Below, piece by piece: positions 43,120-52,806 of a DNA stretch of 64,000 nucleotides. The notes below the pieces were generated by a model, which worked only from the letters and a program-made list of their open reading frames with translations, did not search any database and had not been told where the DNA came from. The stretch spans positions 9,151-73,150 of the forward strand of contig JACDOA010000006.1 of assembly GCA_017656335.1 (NCBI GenBank), read 5' to 3'. Each line of letters opens with the position of its first letter. Position 1 is the first letter of the stretch. Source of the stretch: Thermosipho sp. (in: thermotogales) (lineage in GTDB: Bacteria; Thermotogota; Thermotogae; Thermotogales; Fervidobacteriaceae). The position numbers and the translations under genes are program-made.

Positions 43120-43637
43120 TTATTACCTCCTAATTCACCATCATCCACTAAAACTTTAATGAATTCTCCTGTTTTGATTTTTTTTCCAGCATTTGGATAA
43201 GTTGCTAAAACTCTCCCATCAGGGCCAGGATATTTTATCTTATTAACTTCAACTTTTAATCCCCAATTTTCCAATACTTCTATAACTGTATGGTAACTAA
43301 CCCCAAAAAAATCTGGAATAATATATTCTTCTTTCTCAAAAGATTCACCAAATATTCTTATAATCCTACCTTTTTTAACTACATCACTAACATTTGGAAT
43401 GGTGCTAATAACCTTCCCATCCCCAAAAGTTTCAACTTTTAATCCTAAATTTTCTAGTACTTTTTTTGCTTCTTCAATTTCATATCCAATTATGTTTGGT
43501 AAATAAACAATATTCACTTTTTCGTTAAAATACACAAAACCTAAAAAAGCGAGAGCACCAAATAAAACTCCAATAGTAAAAATTAAGAAGTACTTTATTA
43601 TTTTTATTTTAAATTCCTCCTTCTTAATTGACCACAT
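43116..43637 (-). CDS. Membrane-anchored protein with two PASTA domains and no kinase domain
   Basis: One N-terminal TM segment (YFLIFTIGVLFGALAFLGFVYF) followed by two PASTA-like repeats (LPNIIGYEIEEAKKVLENLGLKVE.., IPDFFGVSYHTVIEVLENWGLKVEV..). Confidence 0.7.
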   Translation of the reverse strand: MWSIKKEEFKIKIIKYFLIFTIGVLFGALAFLGFVYFNEKVNIVYLPNIIGYEIEEAKKVLENLGLKVETFGDGKVISTIPNVSDVVKKGRIIRIFGESFEKEEYIIPDFFGVSYHTVIEVLENWGLKVEVNKIKYPGPDGRVLATYPNAGKKIKTGEFIKVLVDDGELGGNK

Positions 43638-44629
43638 GCAGCATCAATATCTGTACCCTTTTCAACTCTTATCTCACTTTCTATTCCATGTCTTTCCAGA
43701 ATTTGTTTGAATCTCTCCATTGCCCAACGACTTGGTCTATAGAAATTAGGATTGACTGGATTCACTGGAATAAGATTTACAAAAACATTTATTCCTTTTA
43801 GTGATTCTGCCAATCTTTCGGCGTCTTCAGGATAGTCATTGAACTCCCTAATAAGAATATATTCAATAGTAATCCTATCACCGGTAATTTCTTGGTATTT
43901 TCTGATAGCGTATATCAATTCATCTACACTATACTTCCTATTTAACGGGATTATTTCATCACGTTTTGAATTAGTTGCAGCATGTAGAGATAAAGCAAGT
44001 CTAACTCCTACATCTTTCTCTGCAAGTTCAATAATTTTTTCGGGAATTCCTACTGTTGAAATAGTTATTCTTCTCTTACTTATATTCAATATTTTTTTGT
44101 GATTCAGCATTCGTATACTTTTAAGTGTTTCATCAAAGTTCAGTAAAGGTTCTCCCATTCCCATGTAAACCACATTCCCTACTTTTACTTTTCTGTTAAT
44201 TTCAATTCCAAGAATCTGTCCAACTATTTCGCCAGATTTTAAATTTCTCACAAAACCACTTTGGCCAGTTGCACAAAAACTACATTTAACCGGACATCCA
44301 ACTTGTGTTGAAATACATGCTGTAACCCTTCCTGAGTGGAACAATGCCACTGACTCTATCGTATTACCATCCTGTAACTCCCATAAAAATTTGGTAGTTC
44401 TATCAATTTTAGAAATTTGCATATCAAGTAATTTAGGAATGCCTATATAAAACTTTTCATTTAAAATCTTTCTATGCTCTTTAGATAAATTTGTCATATC
44501 TTCAAAATTAAATACTCTCTTTTTATATACCCAATCAAGAACTTGATCTGCTCTGAATTTTTCTAATCCCAATTTTTTAAAGAATTCTATCAATTCATCA
44601 TATTCAAAATTCAATAAGTTTTTTCTCAT
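43604..44629 (-). CDS. rlmN: 23S rRNA/tRNA (adenine-C2)-methyltransferase RlmN (radical SAM)
   Basis: CPVKCSFCATG radical SAM cluster, GMGEPLLN, and C-terminal DIDAACGQL. The ATG at 44629 follows GGAGGT; the track start at 44668 is less likely. Confidence 0.9.
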   Translation of the reverse strand: MRKNLLNFEYDELIEFFKKLGLEKFRADQVLDWVYKKRVFNFEDMTNLSKEHRKILNEKFYIGIPKLLDMQISKIDRTTKFLWELQDGNTIESVALFHSGRVTACISTQVGCPVKCSFCATGQSGFVRNLKSGEIVGQILGIEINRKVKVGNVVYMGMGEPLLNFDETLKSIRMLNHKKILNISKRRITISTVGIPEKIIELAEKDVGVRLALSLHAATNSKRDEIIPLNRKYSVDELIYAIRKYQEITGDRITIEYILIREFNDYPEDAERLAESLKGINVFVNLIPVNPVNPNFYRPSRWAMERFKQILERHGIESEIRVEKGTDIDAACGQLRRRNLK

Positions 44630-45008
44630 ATCAATACCTCCAAAAGTTTTCTTATTATATTTTACCATAACGAAAATTAGCTATGTATATAAGACTTAAA
44701 CAATTATATACAACTCATAGAAAAACTTAAAAATCAGGGATTTTAATGTGAAATAAATATATATCATACCCAGAAATGAATAATTAAAGTTTAAAATTTA
44801 TTTTCAAGATATTAAAATTTAATAATTTTTTTCAATTAATTAAATTCTAGAACTCAATTTTATATATCTAATATACCATTTTCTTATTGTCTGTTTGTAT
44901 ATTACAACCTATACTTTTTGCTATGTTTCCTTTAATCTTCTTTTTACTGATTTGTATCTCCATATACTTGCACCTTGTCTCTTCGATAAATTTTTCTTTA
45001 TCGGTCGT

Positions 45009-45064
45009 AAAAAACCTCCTTGTAGCAGTGTATTTTATTTAATTACACTGTCTACTCTGGAGGT
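45009..45064 (-). terminator. Candidate rho-independent terminator for the 45171-45851 gene
   Basis: Imperfect hairpin 45014-45064 (ACCTCC/GGAGGT, GTAG/CTAC, CAGTGTA/TACACTG; 11-nt loop), followed on the minus strand by T6 (plus-strand A6 at 45009-45014). Confidence 0.5.
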
Positions 45065-45170
45065 ATCATATCAGAATATCATAACCAAACTTATTAAATT
45101 TTGAATTTTTTCCACCACTTAAGGTATTAATTTAAAAATTGATATCTTGATTGCAAATAAATCCCCTTAA

Positions 45171-45851
45171 TCACTTTGAAAACTTTATTATCCAATAATC
45201 AATATCTCCAGCATTCGATATCTTACCGCCGGCAACAATATATCCTCCATCACTCGTCTGCTGGATACTATATGCTTCATCATTATAACTACCACCAAGA
45301 ACTACATCCCAGGCTTTGCTCCCATCACTATTAAGTTTTACTATCCAATAATCATATGTTCCATGATTTCCACTTATATCTCCATCGTTTGAAGCTGTCC
45401 ATCCGGCTACAATATACCCTCCATCGCTAGTTTGTTGGATATACAATGCAAAGTCGTCAGCCCTATTCAGAGATACATCCCATTCTATGTTTGGCTGTTG
45501 TGTAATAAATGACCATATTGGTCCTTCCGTTTCTCCACCTTTTCCTTCTTTTGCTACTACTTTCCAATAGTATTTTGTACCTGAATTTAATGTGCCTGTT
45601 GCATATGATTCACCTATTAAATCCGTTTTCTCTAATTCTAAATTATTTGAATCAATGCCAAAGTATAAATCAAAGGTGAGAGTATCTCCATCAGGATCTG
45701 ATGCCTCCCATGAAAGTGTTGGCATCAAAGAAACATCAGTTGCTCCATTACTTGGAGAAGGATTTGTTGGAGCTGTAGGTGGATGATTTACTGGCACACA
45801 AGATAATAATACCAATCCTAAAATTACCAATACAAATACTATTCTTTTCAT
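45171..45851 (-). CDS. Lipoprotein with an Fn3-like domain and two SDGGYIVAG-type repeats
   Basis: MKRIVFVLVILGLVLLSC lipobox. PSPSNGATDV..LSWEASDPDGDTLTFDLYFG..YYWKVVA is an Fn3-like module. Then two copies of QQTSDGGYIVAG...DYWI[VI]K. The ATG at 45851 follows AGGTGGGAG. Confidence 0.6.
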   Translation of the reverse strand: MKRIVFVLVILGLVLLSCVPVNHPPTAPTNPSPSNGATDVSLMPTLSWEASDPDGDTLTFDLYFGIDSNNLELEKTDLIGESYATGTLNSGTKYYWKVVAKEGKGGETEGPIWSFITQQPNIEWDVSLNRADDFALYIQQTSDGGYIVAGWTASNDGDISGNHGTYDYWIVKLNSDGSKAWDVVLGGSYNDEAYSIQQTSDGGYIVAGGKISNAGDIDYWIIKFSK

Positions 45852-46121
45852 GCTTTCTCCCACCTAAAAATTCTGAAAGATTAATTAGTCTTACACAAAT
45901 AAAAAAGTGTTGAGACCCAAAAATTTCATTTAATTTTCTAATACATAATTTAATTTTTAATTTTAATTATACCATTTTAACTTATTTTAAATCAAATACA
46001 ATTTATTTTACTAAAATTAAAAGAATTATAAATTTAGTAGTATTAATCCTTTAAATAAATTTTGAAATAAAAAAGGCATAATGTATAATTTTAGTAATAA
46101 CCAAAATTGAGGGGGGATATT

Positions 46122-47096
46122 TTGAATCTAGAAAGACTCAAAACTTTATGCTTAATACCTGGTATATCTTCAAGAGAAGAAAAAATCAGAAAAAGCATTA
46201 TAAATAATCTTAATCCCAAGGAATATTTTGTTGACAAAATTGGTAATTTAATAATTAAAAAAGGTGATCAAAATAAAAAATTACTCCTAATGGCCCATAT
46301 GGATGAAATTGGTTTTTTAATAACCAGTATAAGAGAAAATGGAAGTCTGATTTTAAGAAAAGTGGGAGGAATTCCAGACGAAATTTTACAAAGCAGATTT
46401 ATCGAAATAATTACTGAAAGCAAAACAATAGATGGAGTAATTGGTTCAGTACCACCACACTTAAAAAGAGATAACGTAAATTTTGAACTTGTAGCTGATG
46501 TAGGTGTTGAAACTAAAAATGACGTTTTAAACATGGGTATAAAAATAATGGATTATGCTGTATTTAAAAAAACATTTTTAAAAATAGGAAATTATATTTC
46601 CTGTAGAGCTTTAGACGATAGATTTGGATGTTATGTCTTAGAAGAAGTTTATAAAAATTCTTCTCCAAAAAATGAAATAATTTTTGCCTGGACTGTTCAG
46701 GAAGAAATAGGTTTAAATGGTGCAAAAGCTTTGTCAAACGAAATATATGGACTAGATTTAGCTATTGCAATTGATTCCTTTGCCTGTTGTTCAAAGCAAA
46801 ATCAACATATTAAATTTGGCAATGGACCTATAATCAGATTTGTAGATAATTCAGGAATAAGTTCCTTTGAATACTCTAAAAAAATAATAGAAATTGCAAA
46901 AAAGCATGATATTCCACTTCAAGTAGGTTCTACTGGCGGTGGAACTGATGGAAGTGTATTTGTAGAAAAAGGTGTACCATTTGTCGCACTAAGTGTTGCA
47001 GTGAAATATTTACATTCTACTGTTGAAATGGTGCATTTAGACGATCTGAAAAATCTTATAAAATTAATAAGTGCGATAGTAGAGGAGGAACTATAA
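46122..47096 (+). CDS. M42-family metallopeptidase (FrvX/CelM type aminopeptidase)
   Basis: AHMDEIGF, RALDDRFG, QEEIGLNGA and GGGTDG motifs. The TTG at 46122 follows GAGGGGGG. Confidence 0.85.
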   Translation: MNLERLKTLCLIPGISSREEKIRKSIINNLNPKEYFVDKIGNLIIKKGDQNKKLLLMAHMDEIGFLITSIRENGSLILRKVGGIPDEILQSRFIEIITESKTIDGVIGSVPPHLKRDNVNFELVADVGVETKNDVLNMGIKIMDYAVFKKTFLKIGNYISCRALDDRFGCYVLEEVYKNSSPKNEIIFAWTVQEEIGLNGAKALSNEIYGLDLAIAIDSFACCSKQNQHIKFGNGPIIRFVDNSGISSFEYSKKIIEIAKKHDIPLQVGSTGGGTDGSVFVEKGVPFVALSVAVKYLHSTVEMVHLDDLKNLIKLISAIVEEEL

Positions 47097-47833
47097 TGGA
47101 CCTTTTACTGTATCTACTTTTATTTCTCTCAGGTATAGGAGCTGGATTTGTCAACGTTCTAGCAGGTGGAGGTTCAATGATTACTTTGCCAGTTTTAACT
47201 TTACTTGGTCTTGATATTTCTGTTGCTAATGGGACAAATCGTGTTGGAATTTTATTACAAAATGTTATTGCAACAAGAAACTTTAGAAAAGGAAATGTTT
47301 TATCGTTAAAAGAAGGATTTTTATTAGCACTTCCCGCAACTATAGGGGCTATTTTTGGGACTTTTACTGTATTAAATATTGACAAAAACATTCTTGAAAA
47401 AATTATTGGTTTTATATTTCTTTTTATGAGTATTTTTATTCTTTATAAACCCAAGGTTTGGGAAGAAGGAAGAAAAGTCAAAAAAAATTATTTGGTAAGT
47501 TTTATTGTTTTCTTTCTTATTGGTTTTTATGGAGGTTTTATCCAAGCTGGGGTTGGATTTTTCCTTATTGCTAGTCTGGTATTTATTGAAGGAAATAACA
47601 TTATAAAGACAAATGCTCTTAAGGTTTTTATCGTACTTTGTTATACTTCCTTTTCCTTTGTTATTTTTCTTCTAAATGGAAAAGTCGACATTTTAAAAGG
47701 ATTAGTTTTAGCATTAGGAACAATGTTAGGTGCTAAAATTGGAACAAACGCCGCTTTAAAAAGCGGCGCAAAATTTGTAAGATTTATTGTTTTTATAATG
47801 ATAATAATCTCTGGAATTAAATATATTACCTAG
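47096..47833 (+). CDS. TauE/SafE-family sulfite/anion exporter
   Basis: 245 aa, ~7-8 TM helices, with N-terminal GIGAGFVNVLAGGGSMITLPVL typical of TauE/SafE. Confidence 0.8.
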   Translation: MDLLLYLLLFLSGIGAGFVNVLAGGGSMITLPVLTLLGLDISVANGTNRVGILLQNVIATRNFRKGNVLSLKEGFLLALPATIGAIFGTFTVLNIDKNILEKIIGFIFLFMSIFILYKPKVWEEGRKVKKNYLVSFIVFFLIGFYGGFIQAGVGFFLIASLVFIEGNNIIKTNALKVFIVLCYTSFSFVIFLLNGKVDILKGLVLALGTMLGAKIGTNAALKSGAKFVRFIVFIMIIISGIKYIT

Positions 47834-48207
47834 TTATTTTCATCTTGTTGTTCTTTTTTCAGTATTTCATCAAGTAATTTATTCATTTTTACACTTGCTT
47901 CAATACCTTTATCTTCTTTAAATCTCAACTCGGGGGCTACATAAAGCCTCGTATTTTTTGCTACATAGGTTCTGAAATAACCTTTAAATTTCTTCATTAA
48001 TTCTACTACCTTTTGACGTGTTTCACTATCTCCTATATAGCTAATATAAACATCAGCATATCTCTTATCCTTTGATATTTCCACTCTGGAAACTGTGATA
48101 AAATTTCTAACTCCATCAAACTCAGGTTCTTTGATCTTCTGCAAAGCTTCAGATATTAAATTTCTAATATAAGCTTCAATTTTTTTATTCCTGTATTCCG
48201 GCCTCAT
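47830..48207 (-). CDS. rbfA: Ribosome-binding factor A
   Basis: 125 aa; KIEAYIRNLISEAL...ITVSRVEISKDKRYADVYIS pattern of RbfA. Confidence 0.85.
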   Translation of the reverse strand: MRPEYRNKKIEAYIRNLISEALQKIKEPEFDGVRNFITVSRVEISKDKRYADVYISYIGDSETRQKVVELMKKFKGYFRTYVAKNTRLYVAPELRFKEDKGIEASVKMNKLLDEILKKEQQDENN

Positions 48208-48227
48208 AATTTCGCCTCCAATATTTT

Positions 48228-49859
48228 TTACATATGATCTGGAGCTGTAATACCAAGTAAGTTAAATACAATTTCATAAACTATTTTTATGGCATACAAC
48301 AAATTTAAACGTGCATTTGATATTGCAATATCTTCTTCATCGAGAATTCTCTCTTTTGCATAGAAACTATGAAATTTTTCAGATAAACCATAGATGTAAT
48401 TTGTCAAAATATGTGGTGACAGTTTTTCAGTGGTATCTTTCAAAGTAAAAGATAATTCATCAAGAAGTTTTATTATATTTAGTTCTTTTTCTTTTTCTAG
48501 TTTTTCAATATCTTCTTTTAATTTAAATTTGATTCCTTTTTCTTTAGCCTTCTCAAAAACACTATTTATCCTTGCATACGCATATTGAACATAAAACACT
48601 GGATTATCAACTGTTTTAGATTTTGCAAGCTCTAAATCAAAATTTAAATGTGTATTTATATCATTCATTGCAAAAAAGTATCTTGTAGCATCTTTCCCTA
48701 CTTCATCAATTAGCTCATCAAGCGTAACAAAATCACCCGATCTGGTACTCATTTTTACAACTTCACCTTTTCTTTTTAAAGTAACAAACTGATGTAAAAT
48801 AAAATCTAAAAAATCATCTGGTATATCAAGTGCTTTCATAGAAGCCTTCATTCTTGGAATATGGCCATGGTGATCGCTTCCAAAAATATCGTAAACCTTA
48901 TCAAATTTTCTTAAATATTTATCGTAATGATAGGCAATGTCAGTTAAAAAATATGTATAAGTTCCATCGCTTCTTATTAATACCTTATCATCTTCATTTA
49001 TCAATTTTGACACTTTAAGCCAAATAGCTCCATCTTTTTTATAAATTAAATCTTTATTCCTAAATATTTCCAGAACTTTTTCTACCAAACCTTTTTCAAT
49101 TACTGACTTTTCACTTACCACAGAATCAAATTTACTATCAAGTTTAGAAAGTGTACTATTCATCATCTTTAAAATATTACTTACTGCATATTTCATAAAA
49201 AATTGCTCTGTTTCATTGTCCCATTTCTCCAAAAATTTGTCTTCAAATTCTTCTTTTAACTTCTCTGCAAATTCTATTAAATACTTCCCTCTGTATCCAT
49301 CTTCGGGTAATTCAAATGATTTACCAAACAATTCATTGTATCTTACCCATAAAGATCTTGCTAAAAGCTTTATTTGTCTTCCAGCGTCATTTAAGTACAT
49401 TTCTCTTGTAACATCATATCCTAAAAACTCAAAAACATTCGATAAGATATCACCTATTATAAGCTGCCTTCCATGTCCTACCGTAAACGGACCTGTAGGA
49501 TTGGCACTGCCATATTCAAATTGAACTTTTATATCATTTTTTTCTGGTTTCCAATAATTTTGTTCTTTCGAAAGCATATCATTTAAAATATCTATATAAT
49601 AACCTTTGGAAATTTTAAAATTTAAAAAACCAGGGCCTGCTACGTTAATTTCCGAAAATAAAGGATCATCACTTAATTTTTCAGAAAAATACCGTGCAAC
49701 TTCAATTGGGGGTTTTTTAAAGTATCTTGCCCCTATTAAAGCAATGTTTGATGAATAATCTCCAAATTTTTCATCAGGAACTTCAATATTAAAATCGTAT
49801 TGAATTTCTTGCTCCGACAATATACTTTTTAGTCTTTCATATATCAATTCTCTCAGCAT
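48228..49859 (-). CDS. argS: Arginine--tRNA ligase
   Basis: Class I HIGH-type SANPTGPFTVGHGR, KMSTRSG (KMSK equivalent), and a DALR-type C-terminus. Confidence 0.95.
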   Translation of the reverse strand: MLRELIYERLKSILSEQEIQYDFNIEVPDEKFGDYSSNIALIGARYFKKPPIEVARYFSEKLSDDPLFSEINVAGPGFLNFKISKGYYIDILNDMLSKEQNYWKPEKNDIKVQFEYGSANPTGPFTVGHGRQLIIGDILSNVFEFLGYDVTREMYLNDAGRQIKLLARSLWVRYNELFGKSFELPEDGYRGKYLIEFAEKLKEEFEDKFLEKWDNETEQFFMKYAVSNILKMMNSTLSKLDSKFDSVVSEKSVIEKGLVEKVLEIFRNKDLIYKKDGAIWLKVSKLINEDDKVLIRSDGTYTYFLTDIAYHYDKYLRKFDKVYDIFGSDHHGHIPRMKASMKALDIPDDFLDFILHQFVTLKRKGEVVKMSTRSGDFVTLDELIDEVGKDATRYFFAMNDINTHLNFDLELAKSKTVDNPVFYVQYAYARINSVFEKAKEKGIKFKLKEDIEKLEKEKELNIIKLLDELSFTLKDTTEKLSPHILTNYIYGLSEKFHSFYAKERILDEEDIAISNARLNLLYAIKIVYEIVFNLLGITAPDHM

Positions 49860-50444
49860 TTAGGCACCTCCAAGTTGTTCAATTAATTCTAATACCTTAT
49901 TTACTCCTTCTTTAGTTATAGCAGAATAGGGTATTACTATATATTTATCACCTAAGAGTTTTTCATAATAACGTATCATTTTTGCTTTTTGAGACATCTT
50001 AAGTTTATCAACTTTTGTAAGGACCACTGAGAATGGTAATTCTAAATCTCTAAGCCAGGTTAGTATTAATTCATCGTTTTTTTGCAATTCATGTCTACCA
50101 TCTATTAAAACAAAAACCAATTTAATATTCCAACCTCTTATTTCAAAATAATTTTCAATAATTTTTTTCCATCTTTCTCTCTCTTCATATGAGGCTTTCG
50201 CATATCCATATCCAGGTAAATCTACAAAATAAAAATTGTTATTTATTAAGTAAAAATTTATAGATCTTGTTTTTCCTGGTTTTTTACTAACCTTTGCTAT
50301 ATTTTGATTAGTCAATATATTTAACAAAGTTGATTTCCCAACATTAGAGCGACCAACAAAAACAAATTCTCCTCCTTTTGATTCAGGAAATCTATCCTTA
50401 GAACTATATATTGTTGCGACTAATTTTACATTATTTATTTTCAC
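49860..50444 (-). CDS. engB: Ribosome biogenesis GTPase YsxC/EngB
   Basis: GRSNVGKSTLLN, DLPGYGYA and TKVDK motifs. Located downstream of lon, as in Bacillus lonA-ysxC. Confidence 0.9.
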   Translation of the reverse strand: MKINNVKLVATIYSSKDRFPESKGGEFVFVGRSNVGKSTLLNILTNQNIAKVSKKPGKTRSINFYLINNNFYFVDLPGYGYAKASYEERERWKKIIENYFEIRGWNIKLVFVLIDGRHELQKNDELILTWLRDLELPFSVVLTKVDKLKMSQKAKMIRYYEKLLGDKYIVIPYSAITKEGVNKVLELIEQLGGA

Positions 50445-52806
50445 CTAGCAATGCCTCCTTCAAGATCTCTTCAATTTCATCAACAAATACAAATTCTATT
50501 TCATTAACAACATCTTTTGGAATTTTTTCAACATCATATTCATTTTGTTTTGGCAAAATTATTTTTCTTATACCTTTTCTATATGCAGCCAAAACTTTTT
50601 CTTTTATGCCCCCAACTGGTAGAACTCTACCTCTTAGAGTTATTTCTCCAGTCATTGCTATGTCATTTCTAACTGGTATTTTTTTAATGGAGGATACCAG
50701 AGATGTTACAATAGTTACTCCAGCACTTGGACCATCTTTGGGTACTGCTCCCTCCGGCACATGGATGTGTATATCATTTTTTTCAAAAACAGATGAAAAT
50801 TCCTCACCGCAAAGTTTTCTTGTTAAACTTAATGCTATCCTTGCAGATTCTTTCATCACGTCACCTAATTGTCCTGTAATAATCAAATTGCTCTTTCCGG
50901 GAAATAGTAAACTTTCTATGAATAATGTTGTTCCACCATAAGGTGTCCAAGCAAGACCGGTTGCAACACCAATTGTTGGATTTTCAAGTTTACCTTCTTC
51001 TTTGATCCTTGGTGGTCCTAAAAACTCTTTTACTCTTTTTTCTGTAATAAGAACTCTATTTTTTCCATTTACAATTTCAAGAGCAGCTCTTCTTATAATT
51101 GCCCTCATTTTTCTTTCTAATTCTCTAACCCCTGATTCAATAGTGTATTCAGAAATTATTTTTTCAATGGCTTTTTCCTTGAATTTTATTTTATTTTTAC
51201 CGTTTTTCAATTCTCCTAGTGCTTTAGGAAGTATATAATCTTTTGCAATGAAAAATTTTTCTGTATTTGTGTAACTAGGAATTTCAATTATTTCCATTCT
51301 ATCTTTTAATGCTTCCGGGATATTGAATAATGTATTAGCAGTTGTTATAAACAAAACTTCAGATAAGTCAAAAGGAAGTTCAATATACAAATCAACAAAT
51401 TCTTTATTTTGTTCAGGATCTAAGACTTCAAGTAATGCAGATGCTGGATCACCCTGAAAACTTATACCCATTTTATCTATTTCATCCAGCAAAATTACAG
51501 GATTTTTTACTCCTGCTTTTCTTATTAACTGAATTATCCTTCCCGGTAGAGCTCCTACATATGTTCTTCTATGACCCCTTATTTCAGCTTCATCCCTAAG
51601 ACCACCTAAAGACATTCTCATGAATTCTCTATTCATGGCTTTTGCAATAGATCTTCCAAGCGAAGTTTTACCAACACCTGGAGGCCCTACAAAACAAATT
51701 ATCGGAGCTTTCATAGTTTTAGATAAATTTCTAGTCGCCAAAAATTCTAGAATTCTTTGCTTTGGTTCTTCAAGACCGTAATGTTCTTTTTCTAAAAGTT
51801 CCTTTGCATGGTTTATATCAAGATTGTCTTCAGATTTTTTGTTCCATGGTAAATTTAAAATCCAATCTAAATAATTTCTGATTACATTAGCTTCTGGAGA
51901 GTATGGAGACATTTTTTCTAAACGATTTAATTCGAATCTGGCTTTTTCCTTTACAAATTCAGGATAGTCTCCTTCCTCTATCTTTTTCTCAAGTTCTTTT
52001 ATTTCTGCATCTTCTTCTCCACCTAATTCTTCACGTATAGCTCTTAATTTTTCTCTTAAGAAATATTCTTTTTGTGATTTTTCAATTCTCTGTTTTACTT
52101 TTTGATCTAATTGATGTTCTATTTCCAATAACTCTGTTTCTTTTGAAATTAATGCCAGTATTTTTTCCAATCTTTCATATGGATGAAGTGTTTCAAGAAG
52201 TTCTTGCTTTTCTTTTAAACTTCCAGGAGTAATTGAAGCTGCTAAATCTGCAAAAACATCTGGATCTTCCATATCTTCTAAAAACATCAACGCCTCTGTC
52301 GGTAATTTTCTTGAATACTGGACATATTTTTGCATTTCATCTCTAACAATTCTCATAAGAGCTATAAGTTTTTTAGTCTTTTTGTATTTTTTCTTAAGAA
52401 CTTCAATATTAAATTTAAAATACTTTTTTTCAACTGATTTTATTCTCTTTGCTCTTACTAATCCTTCAACTAAAACCTTGAAAGTACCATCGGGAAGTTT
52501 ACCAAGTTGCATAACCCTAACAACTGTACCAATTTCAAACAAATCATCTTCCATAGGATTTTCAATTGAAGGATCCTTTTGATTAACGACAAAAAGAAGT
52601 TGATTATAATTTTCCATTGAATCTTCTAAAGCAAATAAAGACTTTTCACGTCCTACATAAAAAGGCATTACTGTATTTGGAAAAATAACAATATTACTTC
52701 TCATTGCAATAGCAGGTAAAACATCTGGAATATTTATTTCTTCTTCGTTGAATTTAGAAGCTTTTTTCTCTAATTTTTCAAATTTTGGTTTCGGATTTTC
52801 TGCCAT
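50431..52806 (-). CDS. lon: ATP-dependent Lon protease
   Basis: LON N-domain, Walker A GPPGVGKTSLGRSIA, Walker B ILLDEIDK, and protease site PKDGPSAGVT. Confidence 0.95.
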   Translation of the reverse strand: MAENPKPKFEKLEKKASKFNEEEINIPDVLPAIAMRSNIVIFPNTVMPFYVGREKSLFALEDSMENYNQLLFVVNQKDPSIENPMEDDLFEIGTVVRVMQLGKLPDGTFKVLVEGLVRAKRIKSVEKKYFKFNIEVLKKKYKKTKKLIALMRIVRDEMQKYVQYSRKLPTEALMFLEDMEDPDVFADLAASITPGSLKEKQELLETLHPYERLEKILALISKETELLEIEHQLDQKVKQRIEKSQKEYFLREKLRAIREELGGEEDAEIKELEKKIEEGDYPEFVKEKARFELNRLEKMSPYSPEANVIRNYLDWILNLPWNKKSEDNLDINHAKELLEKEHYGLEEPKQRILEFLATRNLSKTMKAPIICFVGPPGVGKTSLGRSIAKAMNREFMRMSLGGLRDEAEIRGHRRTYVGALPGRIIQLIRKAGVKNPVILLDEIDKMGISFQGDPASALLEVLDPEQNKEFVDLYIELPFDLSEVLFITTANTLFNIPEALKDRMEIIEIPSYTNTEKFFIAKDYILPKALGELKNGKNKIKFKEKAIEKIISEYTIESGVRELERKMRAIIRRAALEIVNGKNRVLITEKRVKEFLGPPRIKEEGKLENPTIGVATGLAWTPYGGTTLFIESLLFPGKSNLIITGQLGDVMKESARIALSLTRKLCGEEFSSVFEKNDIHIHVPEGAVPKDGPSAGVTIVTSLVSSIKKIPVRNDIAMTGEITLRGRVLPVGGIKEKVLAAYRKGIRKIILPKQNEYDVEKIPKDVVNEIEFVFVDEIEEILKEALLGENK

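Noticed and set aside
44868-44963. 31-codon minus-strand micro-ORF with AAGGTG upstream
   Set aside because: Not listed as a feature, since length and context alone cannot support it. It is kept only as a note inside the spacer finding.
44895-45104. 69-aa plus-strand ORF in the long spacer
   Set aside because: It has no RBS and runs straight through the terminator hairpin of the opposite-strand gene. The product looks random.
44872-45978. 11-bp direct repeat TATACCATTTT flanking the lipoprotein island, as possible target-site duplication
   Set aside because: In DNA this AT-rich, an 11-mer match between two spacers has a non-negligible chance probability. No integrase, transposase or inverted repeats accompany it.
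50411-50941. 176-aa plus-strand ORF overlapping engB and lon
   Set aside because: It is antisense to two genes with unmistakable motifs. Open antisense frames are common in AT-rich, stop-poor opposite strands.
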